Notes under the pieces: generated by a model
What the model saw: only the letters and a program-made list of their open reading frames with translations
Databases searched by the model: none
What the model was told of the DNA's origin: nothing
Assembly: GCA_965205675.1 (NCBI GenBank)
Contig: OZ242186.1
Coordinates: forward strand, 896,001 to 960,000
Origin: Nitrosopumilus sp.
Lineage (GTDB): Archaea > Thermoproteota > Nitrososphaeria > Nitrososphaerales > Nitrosopumilaceae
DNA: 64,000 nt
Direction: 5' to 3'
Program-made: the position numbers and the translations under genes
Part shown: positions 54,057 through 64,000 of the stretch, piece after piece
Position numbering within the stretch: the first letter of the stretch is position 1
How the letters are laid out: the number at the start of each line of letters is the position of its first letter

Positions 54057-55137
54057 AGACCTCTTGCGCAATTAGACATATTTTACCATATTACACAAAT
54101 TCCTTCACAGCAAGATCCAAAGCTAAGAACAACCTAACACATTTCATGTTAACATACAAGCAACTCTCAAAAAAGCCAAAATCCCTTCTCTCTTTTACTG
54201 GAGTGACTAGGCAACAGTTTGATGTGATTCTAAAGGATGTCAGAAAGAATCACCGTATAGAAGAAAAGAAGAGACTATCCAAAGCAAAGAGAAAAAGAAG
54301 TATCGGGGCTGGGCGAAAGTTTGATTTGAGTCTTGAAGACCAGCTTGTAATGTTGTTTGTTTACTATCGGATGTACCTGACATGTGAATTGACAGGATGT
54401 CTGTTTGGATTAGACCAGAGCAACGTCTACAGAAACATCAGATATTTAGAGCCTGCAGTAAGAAAAACAGTTCCTATTCCTGCAAAACTATACTCTGATT
54501 CTAAAAAGATAAATGATGTACAGCAACTCCAACTGTTCTTTCCTGAATTAATTGCATTGACTGATGGTACTGAACAACCAATCCCAAGACCCCAGAACAA
54601 AAAGAAAAGAAAGACTCACTATTCAGGCAAAAAGAAAAAACACACAATAAAAAACCAAATCACCATAAACCAGAAAGGTGAGATAATCCACAAACCCCCA
54701 CATTCTCCAGGTAAAAAACATGATTATGCCATACTGAAAATCAGACATCCAGAACTGCCCGAAGATGTGATGATATTTTATGACCTTGGGTATTTGGGAG
54801 TGGAAAAAGATTTCCCAGAACAGACAAGCATTCTACCATACAAGAAAAAGAAAGGAAAAAAACTGACCATACATCAAAAGGAATGGAACAAGATGCAGTC
54901 AAGAATCCGAATAAAAGTAGAACATATTATCTCTCAAATCAAAAAGTTTAGGATTAATTCTGAGACATTTAGGAATAGATTGTGCAGGTATGATGCAATA
55001 AGTGACATCGTATGTGGAATTGTAAATTTCAAGACAAGATGGAAGCAAGAGTTTGTTGTGATTCCATAAGATTAGAAATTATTTGAAATTAAATTCAATG
55101 AAAGATAAGATTTTGTTTGTAATTACGCAAGAGGTCT
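54057..55137 (+). mobile_element. IS5-family (ISL2/DDE_4-like) element; transposase 54146-55069 intact
   Basis: TIRs agacctcttgcgcaatta / taattacgcaagaggtct; DGTEQPIPRP, YSGKKKKHT, DLGYLG, RIKVEHII. Confidence 0.92.
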
Positions 55138-55672
55138 AATGAAATGTATTGTTGCTTGGAATTCTCATCCATGACTTTATGATGAACAATTGCACCATCT
55201 GGATGGTTGGATACGCGTATGGTCCTGCCAGATCTGAATACTTCCTCATACAAAGACAACATCCCCACCAAATATAACACACCAATAAGAAATGATCCTG
55301 ATAGAATCTTGCCTAGGGATTTTCATTTGTTTTGACATTCCAATGAACAAAACATGATAAGATCTTTAGCTTTTTTGATTTGAATAATTTGAGAATTGAC
55401 TCAAAAATTAGAATTAATTATGCCCAAGTCCCATTCATATCTACAATTGATGTTATCGATATTGCCACAAAGCAAAGAGGAACACAGTCTCTCTAAATTC
55501 TTAAATGCTTTTCTTCTCACATTATACTATGAAAACAAGTGACCCCAAGTATCGAAAATATATGTATGCATTAATTGGTGTCTGTGCTGCAATAATACTG
55601 GTTGTAAACATCTAACAGAGAAAAGTCTTGAGGAGGAAATTTACAACTGGAAAAATGTCTAATCTCTTTGGT

Positions 55673-56984
55673 CAGTAGATGGGAAAGTAACTCAAGTTAC
55701 ACATTCTAGAAAATAATTATTTTTGTTATTTCTAAAGTAATGAATAATTATCTTTACAAAGAAATATTTGAGAATTTCAATTGATATTATTGGTTTGTGA
55801 TTTTGTACATTAGTTTCTTCTGAGATAATCAAATTAGCAATTATCCATGCATTGTACAAAATCAATGAATAGTAGAAATACAACAATCTTATGGATTGGT
55901 TTGAACTGGTGGTTTTTGGTCTGAACCTTCCCACACATGCATAGCCTGTTTCAATCCCCCAACGTTTCTTGTAATCAGTTGGAATGTTTTGTATGTTATA
56001 TGATATTTCTTTTGGTGAAATATTTGTTGCAAACACAACATACTGATCAATAATATCTGATTTTCTTCTTGCATTTTTGTTTGGTAGAATAACTAGATTA
56101 AATGATTCTACATGTCCTGATGATGATTTTATTGTGTATGGCGAGATTGACTTTCTATCTCCATTAACGTATTGTACAATTGCATCTTTGATTCGAGAAT
56201 TCTTTTTTGCAGGCATTAGAAATTTCAGATTCTTTTGTTTTATTTCTGAAATTGTTCCAGCTGTGAAAAACTCCCTATCCACTAGCAATAGTTTAATCTT
56301 GATTCCATTATTGATGCCATCAGAGAGTAATTTACGCACAAAATCGGCATTTGATTTGTTGTCATACAAAGGATAACAACCTAATTGAGCCCTGATTCTT
56401 TTTTCAACGCACTGCATGGTGCAGTAACTCTCAAAATGAGTAGTACTGTTTTTAGATTTTGATTTTATTAAAGAATGGTTTGGCAATTTGTCATATCTTG
56501 GGATTAGATGTTTGTCAATTGCTACAGTAACTGGTTGTTCCAATACTCCCAGTTCTCGTAATTTTGATACTGTACTATCTAGTGACTGATGTAATTGAAT
56601 TTGCATTGTTTTTTGTGATATTTTTGATATGATTTTTCTCAACCATGAAGAGAAGCATTATCTGATTCCATCGCCAATCTCTTTAATCCAGATTCAGAAT
56701 ATGAATTTCCCAAACACAATGACATGACAGAATTGTGTGCATCTGCATTGTGGAACCGTGAGTTATTTTTACTAGAGCATGGAAACAACAAGATATTGTA
56801 CATTATTTTAGTGATAATCTCAAATGCTTTAGATAGTATCACGCCTTGGTGTGTCATGGTATCAAATGAAGTACAATGCATATTTGATGGAGTGACATAC
56901 TTCCATCAAGCTTTTTCTATCTGAATAGATTGATTGAATAATTGATAGTTTTTGATCTAAATTGAGTTACTTTCCCATCTACTG
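55673..56984 (-). mobile_element. ISH3/IS4-like element, transposase 55692-56881 frameshifted near 56640
   Basis: 23-bp perfect TIR cagtagatgggaaagtaactcaa; VAID, LLVDREF, YKKRWGIETGY; no TSD seen. Confidence 0.85.
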
Positions 56985-57033
56985 GATATGGTTTTTTGCC
57001 AAGAGTAGTTTTTGATTTTGTGCATTTTTGATA

Positions 57034-57081
57034 CTTGCACTTGTACTTGCACTTGTACTTGCACTTGTAACCATAACCATA
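57034..57081 (+). repeat. Hexamer-phased array (cttgca cttgta)x3 (accata)x2 at IS110 left junction
   Basis: Read directly from sequence. Confidence 0.95.
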
Positions 57082-58409
57082 TGTGCCAAAATCAGCTAGG
57101 AAATTAGATGGTACTTGCATTCGTATCAAGAAAGTAAGAAATGCAAACAAACACACTACCCTTCCTGAAAAAAAATATTTGATGTTTGTAGGATTGGATG
57201 TTCACAAGAACTCTGTACAGGTGGCAGCAGTAGATGAGATTGGCAAATTATTATTTAACAAAAAGATTTCCAGTGATTTTTCTGCTATTAGCAAAATTAC
57301 ATCCAAAATTCCAAAGAACGCAAAATATGTTTTAGAGTCATCATCTGTCTGGTATGGCCTTTATAGACACATGACAGACAAATTACATCTTGATGTTATA
57401 CTATCTAATCCATACAACACAAAGATAATAGCATCATCACTCAAAAAGACTGATAAAATTGATGCGTACCATCTTGCAAATTTGCTACGAGGAGGGATAC
57501 ATTGCAGAATCATTTGTGCCAGATCACACAATTGTGCAATACAGACAGCTTGTAAGACATCGACACAAGATTGTGCGCATCATTGTAAAGATGAAGAATT
57601 CCATACATGGTATTACACTACAGGAGGGAATCCATATCAAAGCAACACCATTTTCCTCAGAACACATACGTGCACTTGGAAAATTGGAGAGTTATAGAAT
57701 AGATTCGTACCTACAAAGCATAAAATTTCACAAAAAGGAGGTTGCAAAAATAGATTCCATGATACGTCGCATGGTAAATGATAATCCTGATGTGTGTATT
57801 TTGACATCAATACCTGGAGTTGGACCATACACTGCATTGAGCATATTCTCAGAAATTGCAGAGATTAGTAGATTTTCAAATTCTCACAAGTTATGTGCAT
57901 ATGCAGGGATTGTTCCATCGGTGAGAAATTCTGCAGATACAATACATCACGGAAGAATTACAAAGAGAGGAAGCACCATGCTAAGATGGTTGCTAGTGGA
58001 GGCAATTCATGCACATGTTAGATACGCACCAGATAGCGACATTACAAAATTTTATAATCGCATTAAGAAAAAGAGAGGGACCTCAAAGGCAGCAGTTGCT
58101 GCTGCATCAAAGTTATTGCGTGTCATATATTGGATGCTAAAAGAGAGGAGAGAATTTATTCAATGTCATCAATAATTTGTAAAACATTACAGTTAGGAGT
58201 TTGGCCGCGTTTTCACATTGAGGATGCATAATACCTCGAAACTATAACCGCGGTTTCACCTAATAAATGGATGAAGATGGTACTGGGGGAGAACCCCGAA
58301 TGGATATGTGTCTGGTTTCATCTGTGATTGAAAGTATGAGTGTATTAGCGTAAGCTGTAATTAATATGGCAAAAATACCGACAATAGTTAAAAGGGATTC
58401 ACATGGATA
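57076..58409 (+). mobile_element. IS110/IS1111-type element A, copy 2 (1334 bp)
   Basis: Starts accata-tgtgcc, ends ttcacatggata; transposase 57083-58175 with the same frameshift as copy 1. Confidence 0.95.
58185..58365 (+). ncRNA. Bridge/seek-type guide RNA of IS110-A, copy 2 (ends approximate)
   Basis: Loop 1: ccgcg[ttcacat]gagg..cctc[aactata]cgcgg; loop 2: gatgaa[atggt]gggg..cccc[atggata]..ttcatc. Confidence 0.78.
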
Positions 58410-58612
58410 TGTGAATAAACAACGAAATTTAGATGGTACTGCTGATTCTATAGTTTCTAAAAGATACATCTCCAAGAAAAAGCCAAAGAAAATCATTAGA
58501 GCTAGAAAGACAAAACCCATGACCTATGTCGGAATTGATTTGCACAAAGAATTCTTACAGGTCGAAACAATGGATGATAAAGGACATACATTATTCAATG
58601 AAAAAATTACAA
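58410..58612 (+). pseudogene. 5' part of a third IS110 (element C), truncated by IS630
   Basis: Starts tgtgaata like B; YVGIDLHKEFLQV..MDDKG. Confidence 0.85.
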
Positions 58613-59758
58613 TAGTTTAGGCATATAAATTTTGAACGAATTATCAACTATTTTAACCCAAAAGATCTAGATCATAGTTTATACTTACAGAATCATGTCA
58701 AAACAAACTAAAGCATTAATGGTATCTTCAGGAAGCCATTTCATGAAAGGAACAAGCATTAATTTTTTAAGAAAAACATGCAAGAATGAAAAAAATGCAA
58801 AAGCAAAGATAAGATTAAAGGCTGCAATACTAAGAAAACAAGATATTCCATATTCTGTGATATGTGCCAGTTTGGATGTCATACCATCAACTCTGTCCTA
58901 CTGGCTAAATCGAATGGATAAAGAGGGAATAACTGCATCACACCGTAAGGAATATTCTGGCTCTAGATGTTTCTTAAATAAAAAACAACTAGTGTCATTA
59001 AGAGATGATCTAATTTCAGGTCCAGAAAAGTTTGGATTCAATCAATTCATGTGGAGTACAAGAATGGTAATTACACATGTGAATAAAAAATACAACACGC
59101 TATACTCTGCAAGAGGAATGCGTGAATTGCTGCACAGAATCGGATTCTCATCTAAAAAACCAAGACAGACTCATCACAAATCAGCCTCAAAAGAGGAACA
59201 AACCCGTTTTAAAAAAACGCAAAAAGGAGTATCAAAAAATATTCCAAATTGGGATACACCACACTATGTCTGGATGAGTCAACAAATAAAGTAGCACCCA
59301 ACATAAAGCGCAGATGGTATCTTGCAGGCAATAACATTACCACACCAATTAATTACACTCGAGAAAAATTTCAATCATTTGGTGCATTGGGCAATAACGG
59401 TGTATTTTTTTGCAGGTTCTATGATAAATCAAACACAGACTCATTTCTTGATTTTTTAGAATCACTGCAAAAACAATTTGGTAAGAAATTGTTACTGTTT
59501 GCAGATAATGCATCATACCACAAAAGTCTCAGAGTAAAAGAATTTCTCAAAGCACCAAAAAATAAAGTAATAATTAGATATTTTCCTGCATACACACCAG
59601 AACTCAATCCAATTGAGATACAGTGGAGAGAAGAGAAAAATGGTAATGCCAATACATTCTTTGCAAATGGAACTGAAATGAAAAAACACATGCAGAAGAG
59701 ACTAGATAATGGAGCGGTTCGAGTTGTTAAAGTATTCAAATATTTAATGCCTTAACTA
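58613..59758 (+). mobile_element. IS630-family element; ORFs 58695-59294 and 59249-59755 joined by probable -1 frameshift
   Basis: Imperfect TIR tagtttaggcat / atgccttaacta; ttttaaaaaaac slippery run at about 59207-59218; LDES, DNASYH, PAYTPELNPIE. Confidence 0.9.
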
Positions 59759-59941
59759 TATCCTTTGATAAACGTAAAATCTAGCAAGAGAATCAAAATC
59801 CTTGAATCCTAATGCCTTTGCAAGTATGGGATTAATTGCACTTTCATCAATCATTCTTTCAGCAGATAATTTTTCAATAATTACGGATGCATTCTTTACA
59901 AAATTTGCCAGAAGTTCCTCAATTTGTGCCTCTTTTGACAT
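59756..59941 (-). pseudogene. N-terminal fragment of a putative restriction endonuclease, cut by IS630
   Basis: ORF downstream of the C5 MTase; its stop falls inside the IS630 end. Confidence 0.5.
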
Positions 59942-60051
59942 GTGTTATAATGTCATGAATGCCTAAAATCCAAGGAATTAGTTTAAGATGACCAATCACT
60001 TTCTTTTCATCCATCCGGAGATTTATTTTTTGATTTTCTAAAGTTTGAAGT

Positions 60052-61407
60052 CTAAATTATGTTTTCATGAATTGTCTCTGCAATGATCTTTGCAAGTTTA
60101 ACTGGAACAGCTTCTCCAATCATTCTGTATCTATCAGCAAGTGAACCTTGAAACTTCCAATTTGTAGGGAATCCTTGAATGATAGCATATTCCTTTACAC
60201 TTAATGGTCTGTCATATTCAGGATGAGCCATGCAAGTCCCTGTTGGTGTTGGTGATGTAACAAGCGTTGGGGAAGGCTTATCCCAACTTAATCTTCTATA
60301 AAATCCACGCCGTCCTCCCTGTTTTCCTTTTCGCTTAGGATCATCAGTATCTGCAGCTCCCCCCATTGCCTCGACTTGCAATTTCTGTGGTAAATCTATC
60401 CAACAACCTCCTGTTTTTTTTGGAACATGTTTAAGAAATTTCATTGTGTTTGGTGAAAATTTAACGCATTCTTCAGGAAATTCACCCTCAAATTTTTTTT
60501 CAAGAGTTTTCAATGTTTTCCATTCTTTTTTGTCAAGTCTTTTTGCTTTTGTTTTGTACTCGTCTGCTTTCATTTGATATTTTGCAGCTTTTTCTGGTTT
60601 GTCTTTTTCCAAAGCTTTGTCAGCTATTGCTTGATACCTGTCTGCTTTTTTCATCAGATCTTTTCTGATACTAATTTTTTTTGGATCTGCATACTTTGCT
60701 TTTGATTTAATCATATCCATCACTTCCTCTGCATTTCCAACATCTTTTCTGATTCCAATCATGACAAATCGTTTTCTGTTCTGTGGAATTCCATAATCTG
60801 CGGCATTCAGTATTTCATGTTTGATGGTATATCCAATTCCCTCTTTTGGTTTTTTTAACTCGTTGAACTTGTTTTCTATATATCTGAACAAGGATCCTTT
60901 CTTTTGTGAATGCCTTAATTCTGAATCATTCATTTCGACTCTATCGTAAAATGACATTGGGTCTTTTGCCATAGAAATTATCCCATGGACGTTTTCAAAG
61001 ACAAATGCCTTTGGTCTTATTTCATTAATTTTTTTGATATATTCCATCACTGCCATTCCCCTGTCATCTTTGAGTCCCTTTCTCATGCCTGCAGTAGAGA
61101 AAGACTGGCATGGCGGGCCCCCAATAATCAGGTCTGGCTCTCCCTCCTCAAGTCCGATGTTTTCCAAGATTTTTTCAGATGGAATGTTGAAAATACTTCC
61201 CTCATCAAGATGTAGTATTTTTTTTCCTATTTCCTCCTTCTTTACATTTCTAATTGTCTCACAAGCAAATTTTGTAATGTCATTTGCATAAACAGTTTGA
61301 AATCCTGCATTCTCAAACCCTCTATCCATTCCCATGCCACAGGTAAATAAAGAAATTACCGTTGGACTGTCATAATGTTTTTTCTGTTTCAGCTTGGTTG
61401 CTTGCAC
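60052..61407 (-). CDS. C5-cytosine DNA methyltransferase
   Basis: LFTCGMG, GGPPCQSFS, FENV, PQNRKR, IGEAVP. Confidence 0.93.
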   Translation of the reverse strand: MQATKLKQKKHYDSPTVISLFTCGMGMDRGFENAGFQTVYANDITKFACETIRNVKKEEIGKKILHLDEGSIFNIPSEKILENIGLEEGEPDLIIGGPPCQSFSTAGMRKGLKDDRGMAVMEYIKKINEIRPKAFVFENVHGIISMAKDPMSFYDRVEMNDSELRHSQKKGSLFRYIENKFNELKKPKEGIGYTIKHEILNAADYGIPQNRKRFVMIGIRKDVGNAEEVMDMIKSKAKYADPKKISIRKDLMKKADRYQAIADKALEKDKPEKAAKYQMKADEYKTKAKRLDKKEWKTLKTLEKKFEGEFPEECVKFSPNTMKFLKHVPKKTGGCWIDLPQKLQVEAMGGAADTDDPKRKGKQGGRRGFYRRLSWDKPSPTLVTSPTPTGTCMAHPEYDRPLSVKEYAIIQGFPTNWKFQGSLADRYRMIGEAVPVKLAKIIAETIHENII

Positions 61408-61470
61408 ACTTTTAAAAGATATTTGATGTTTAAAAAACGATTCCTTGATCTGACGTTTACAAACTGACAG

Positions 61471-61770
61471 CTACTTTTCCATAACCTTCGCAATTATCTT
61501 ACCTATGCATACATCCATCCGTTTTTCTATGTCATGTTCCCAAAATCTGAGGACAGACCACCCTTCCCTTCTCAGCTTTCTTGATATTTTTTTGTCTCTT
61601 TCCATGTTTCTTTCGATCTTTTCCCTCCAGAATTTTTTTGGGTATTTTTTTTCCGTGTAATTATAACCGTGCCAGAAATCCCCGTCACAAAATATTGCAA
61701 TTTTTTTGTCTTTTAGTACAAAGTCGGGGTTGCCAAATGTCTTCGGATATAGCGAGAAGCATATGTTCAT
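61471..61770 (-). CDS. vsr: Vsr very-short-patch repair endonuclease, probably N-terminally truncated
   Basis: GNPDFV, FCDGDFWHG, FWREKIERNMERD, GWSVLRFWEH. Confidence 0.85.
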   Translation of the reverse strand: MNICFSLYPKTFGNPDFVLKDKKIAIFCDGDFWHGYNYTEKKYPKKFWREKIERNMERDKKISRKLRREGWSVLRFWEHDIEKRMDVCIGKIIAKVMEK

Positions 61771-61828
61771 GAACTATTTTCAAGGTGTTTCAGATTGTTT
61801 ATTCGTATTTACCTTAGGTAAAATCATC

Positions 61829-62799
61829 GGCCTTGTAGAAACCATCTGATTTTAACCCAATTGTGATACATTTTAGCTAATTTAGATCCATTAGGATTGT
61901 ATTTGCAGATTACAGTATGGTCTCATCATACGTCAAAATGTGCAAAACACTACTCAATATAATCACCAGATGCAGAATTCCCAGGTTCTTACATCCAAAA
62001 TCAAATCATATCTATTCTGTTTGGACACATCTCATACTCTTGGCAATACGACAGTACGAATCAAAGAGTTATAGAAGATTTACAGAATTTTTAGAAGAAT
62101 GTGTAGGAATTCAGGAATATCTTGGTTTGTCTACCATTCCACATTACACCACACTACAAAAGGCAGCTGCAAGACTGGAAGGAAATCTGTTACATAAAAT
62201 GTTGCAGGAATTCATTTTGTACAAAAAAGTCAGACTGGTTCTAGCTGGAATTGATGGTAGCGGATTCAGTTACAGTACAGCATCATACTATTATACAAAA
62301 AGAGTACAGTTACGCAGGAATTTCCTAAAAGTTGTTGTTTGTGCTGACATGAATACACAGCTTGTTTGCTGTGTCATGACACACCACAACATGCAACATG
62401 ATAATCCTGATTTTCTGCCATTGTTGTACAAAACCAACAATATTGTTCCAGTTGATATTGTGTTAGGTGACATGGGTTTTGATGATGAGAATAACCATGT
62501 TGGTGCAGAACAGATCAACACAGCTGCAATAATTCCAACTCGATATGGAACAGTTCCAATTTACAGAACCAGCGGAATTCACAGAAAGGAGATGAAGAGG
62601 AACTTTCCTGTACAATTGTACCATCAGAGAAACAAATCTGAAACAATCTTTTTTGTGATCAAACAGATAATGTCAGGAGATGTCACATCAAGAAATGTTA
62701 CAACTCAGGACAATGAGATGTTGTACAGGTTAATTGCATACAATGCTTACAGGATTAGAAAATTAGATTTTGTTATTTTATTATGGTTTCTACAAGGCC
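61829..62799 (+). mobile_element. IS5-family element, transposase from 61917
   Basis: 17-bp TIR ggccttgtagaaaccat, 9-bp TSD aaaatcatc; IDGSG, GDMGFD, YHQRNKSET. Confidence 0.93.
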
Positions 62800-62879
62800 A
62801 AAATCATCTAATCTCTAGTTTTTTGATGATTTTTAGTTCACGAACTTTATCTTTTCGCTATAATAAATGAAATCCATTT

Positions 62880-63226
62880 TGAATTTCCAAAAAATGAATT
62901 CTACGGACCTAGTTTTAGAGGAAACATCAACTGGCAAAAAACATTACAAAAATCAAACACTCCTCATCCGATGAACTTTGTATCTGACATTCCAATTAGA
63001 AAATTTGTCACACCTGGGAATATTTTGCTAATTCTATGTGTTTTATGGATGCACAGAGAAGCCTCCCGAATTTTACAACTGAATTTTGTTGAACCGTTAT
63101 CTAAAAAAGACCGATATCTTCTTCAATCCATATTTGAAAAAACAAAAAACTTGTTGAAAGGTTTCCCGTTTCAAGATGTAGTAAAAGAGTCTATGAAATA
63201 TTGGAAATTACAAAATGATGAAAAAC
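62880..63226 (+). pseudogene. Fragment of a possible McrC-like protein, truncated by IS66
   Basis: In-frame extension of ORF 62971 contains FRGNINWQKTL, reminiscent of the McrC RGxIxW motif. Confidence 0.35.
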
Positions 63227-64000
63227 GTAACTGTCTAGAGTTTTGAAGTACTTTCTTTAATATTTTTTATCTATATCTTTTCTGATCAGTGACAAATTAC
63301 AATATACAATTGTCAGTATATGATGAGCTGGAATATTATCGTAACAGATGTCACTCGTTGGAGCAAGAAAACCGTCAGTTACACAGAGAAATTGCAGAAC
63401 TAAAACAAACAGTGTCTACACTTGTTGCAAGAAATATCAAAGCAAAACCAAACAAGACTGAAACTGCAAAAAAGAAGAAAACATCAAGACATCCTAGAAA
63501 AAGCAGAAGCAGACGGGCACACATTGATGATGCCATTACAGTTGACCAAAAAGAGTGCAACACATGTGGCAAATCACTCTCAGAACCAACTGATTCATAC
63601 ACCAGAATAGTAGAAGACATCATTCCTGCAAAAGCAGTTGTGACAAAATATACGATAGTTAGACGATACTGCACAAACTGCAAAAAACAAATCTCGGGTA
63701 ACATTCACACTGCGCTACCCAATGAGAGATTTGGGATTAGGCTCATGGTGCTAATCACATCACTAAAAACTATCGGATTATCGTATGGTAAAATATCTCA
63801 TCTTTTGCAGATGCTCTTCTCACTGCACATTACAGAATCTGCAATTAATCATGCAGTATCAATAGTATCAAAAGCATTTGGGAGCAGATATGATACAATG
63901 ATTGTGGAGTTAAAAGAAGATCTAAACATACATGGTGATGAGACAAGTTGGAGGGTAGATGGCCAGAACCACTGGTTGTGGGCATTTGTGAGTAAATGGA
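63227..64000 (+). mobile_element. Second IS66 copy (partial; transposase from 63289)
   Basis: Same TIR and near-identical sequence to 34156-35545, inverted. Confidence 0.95.

Noticed and set aside
57034-57081. CRISPR-like array
   Set aside because: Units are 6-12 bp with no spacers and no cas genes nearby.
59207-59218. IS630 frameshift as a novelty or pseudogene
   Set aside because: Split IS630 transposases with A-rich slippery sites are well known.

Overview
AT-rich archaeal chromosome window whose gene set (tbp, tfb, aIF-1, Sec61beta, cofC/D/G/H, GGR, tsr3, archaeal RNase P RNA) looks like a Nitrosopumilus-type ammonia-oxidising archaeon; the taxonomy is an inference. Housekeeping genes are interrupted by two dense IS islands (about 27.4-36.2 kb and 53.9-64 kb) holding IS6, IS481, IS110/IS1111, IS66, IS5, ISH3-like and IS630 elements, a MITE and two restriction-modification loci. 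Main finding: a 1334-bp IS110/IS1111-type element ('A', two copies) sits in both cases exactly 6 nt inside the left end of a different IS110 ('B' and 'C'). Its downstream non-coding RNA folds like a bridge RNA whose target-loop guides (AACTATA / TTCACAT) match the left end of those host elements. B's homologous RNA carries different guides that match B's own insertion site in an IS481. This reads as an RNA-programmed IS110-on-IS110 hyperparasite. Also notable: an IS6 transposon with perfect 49-bp TIRs carrying an R-M system with a C11 tract, inactivated by a MITE whose likely autonomous partner is in the same window. All coordinates and alignments were read by eye.
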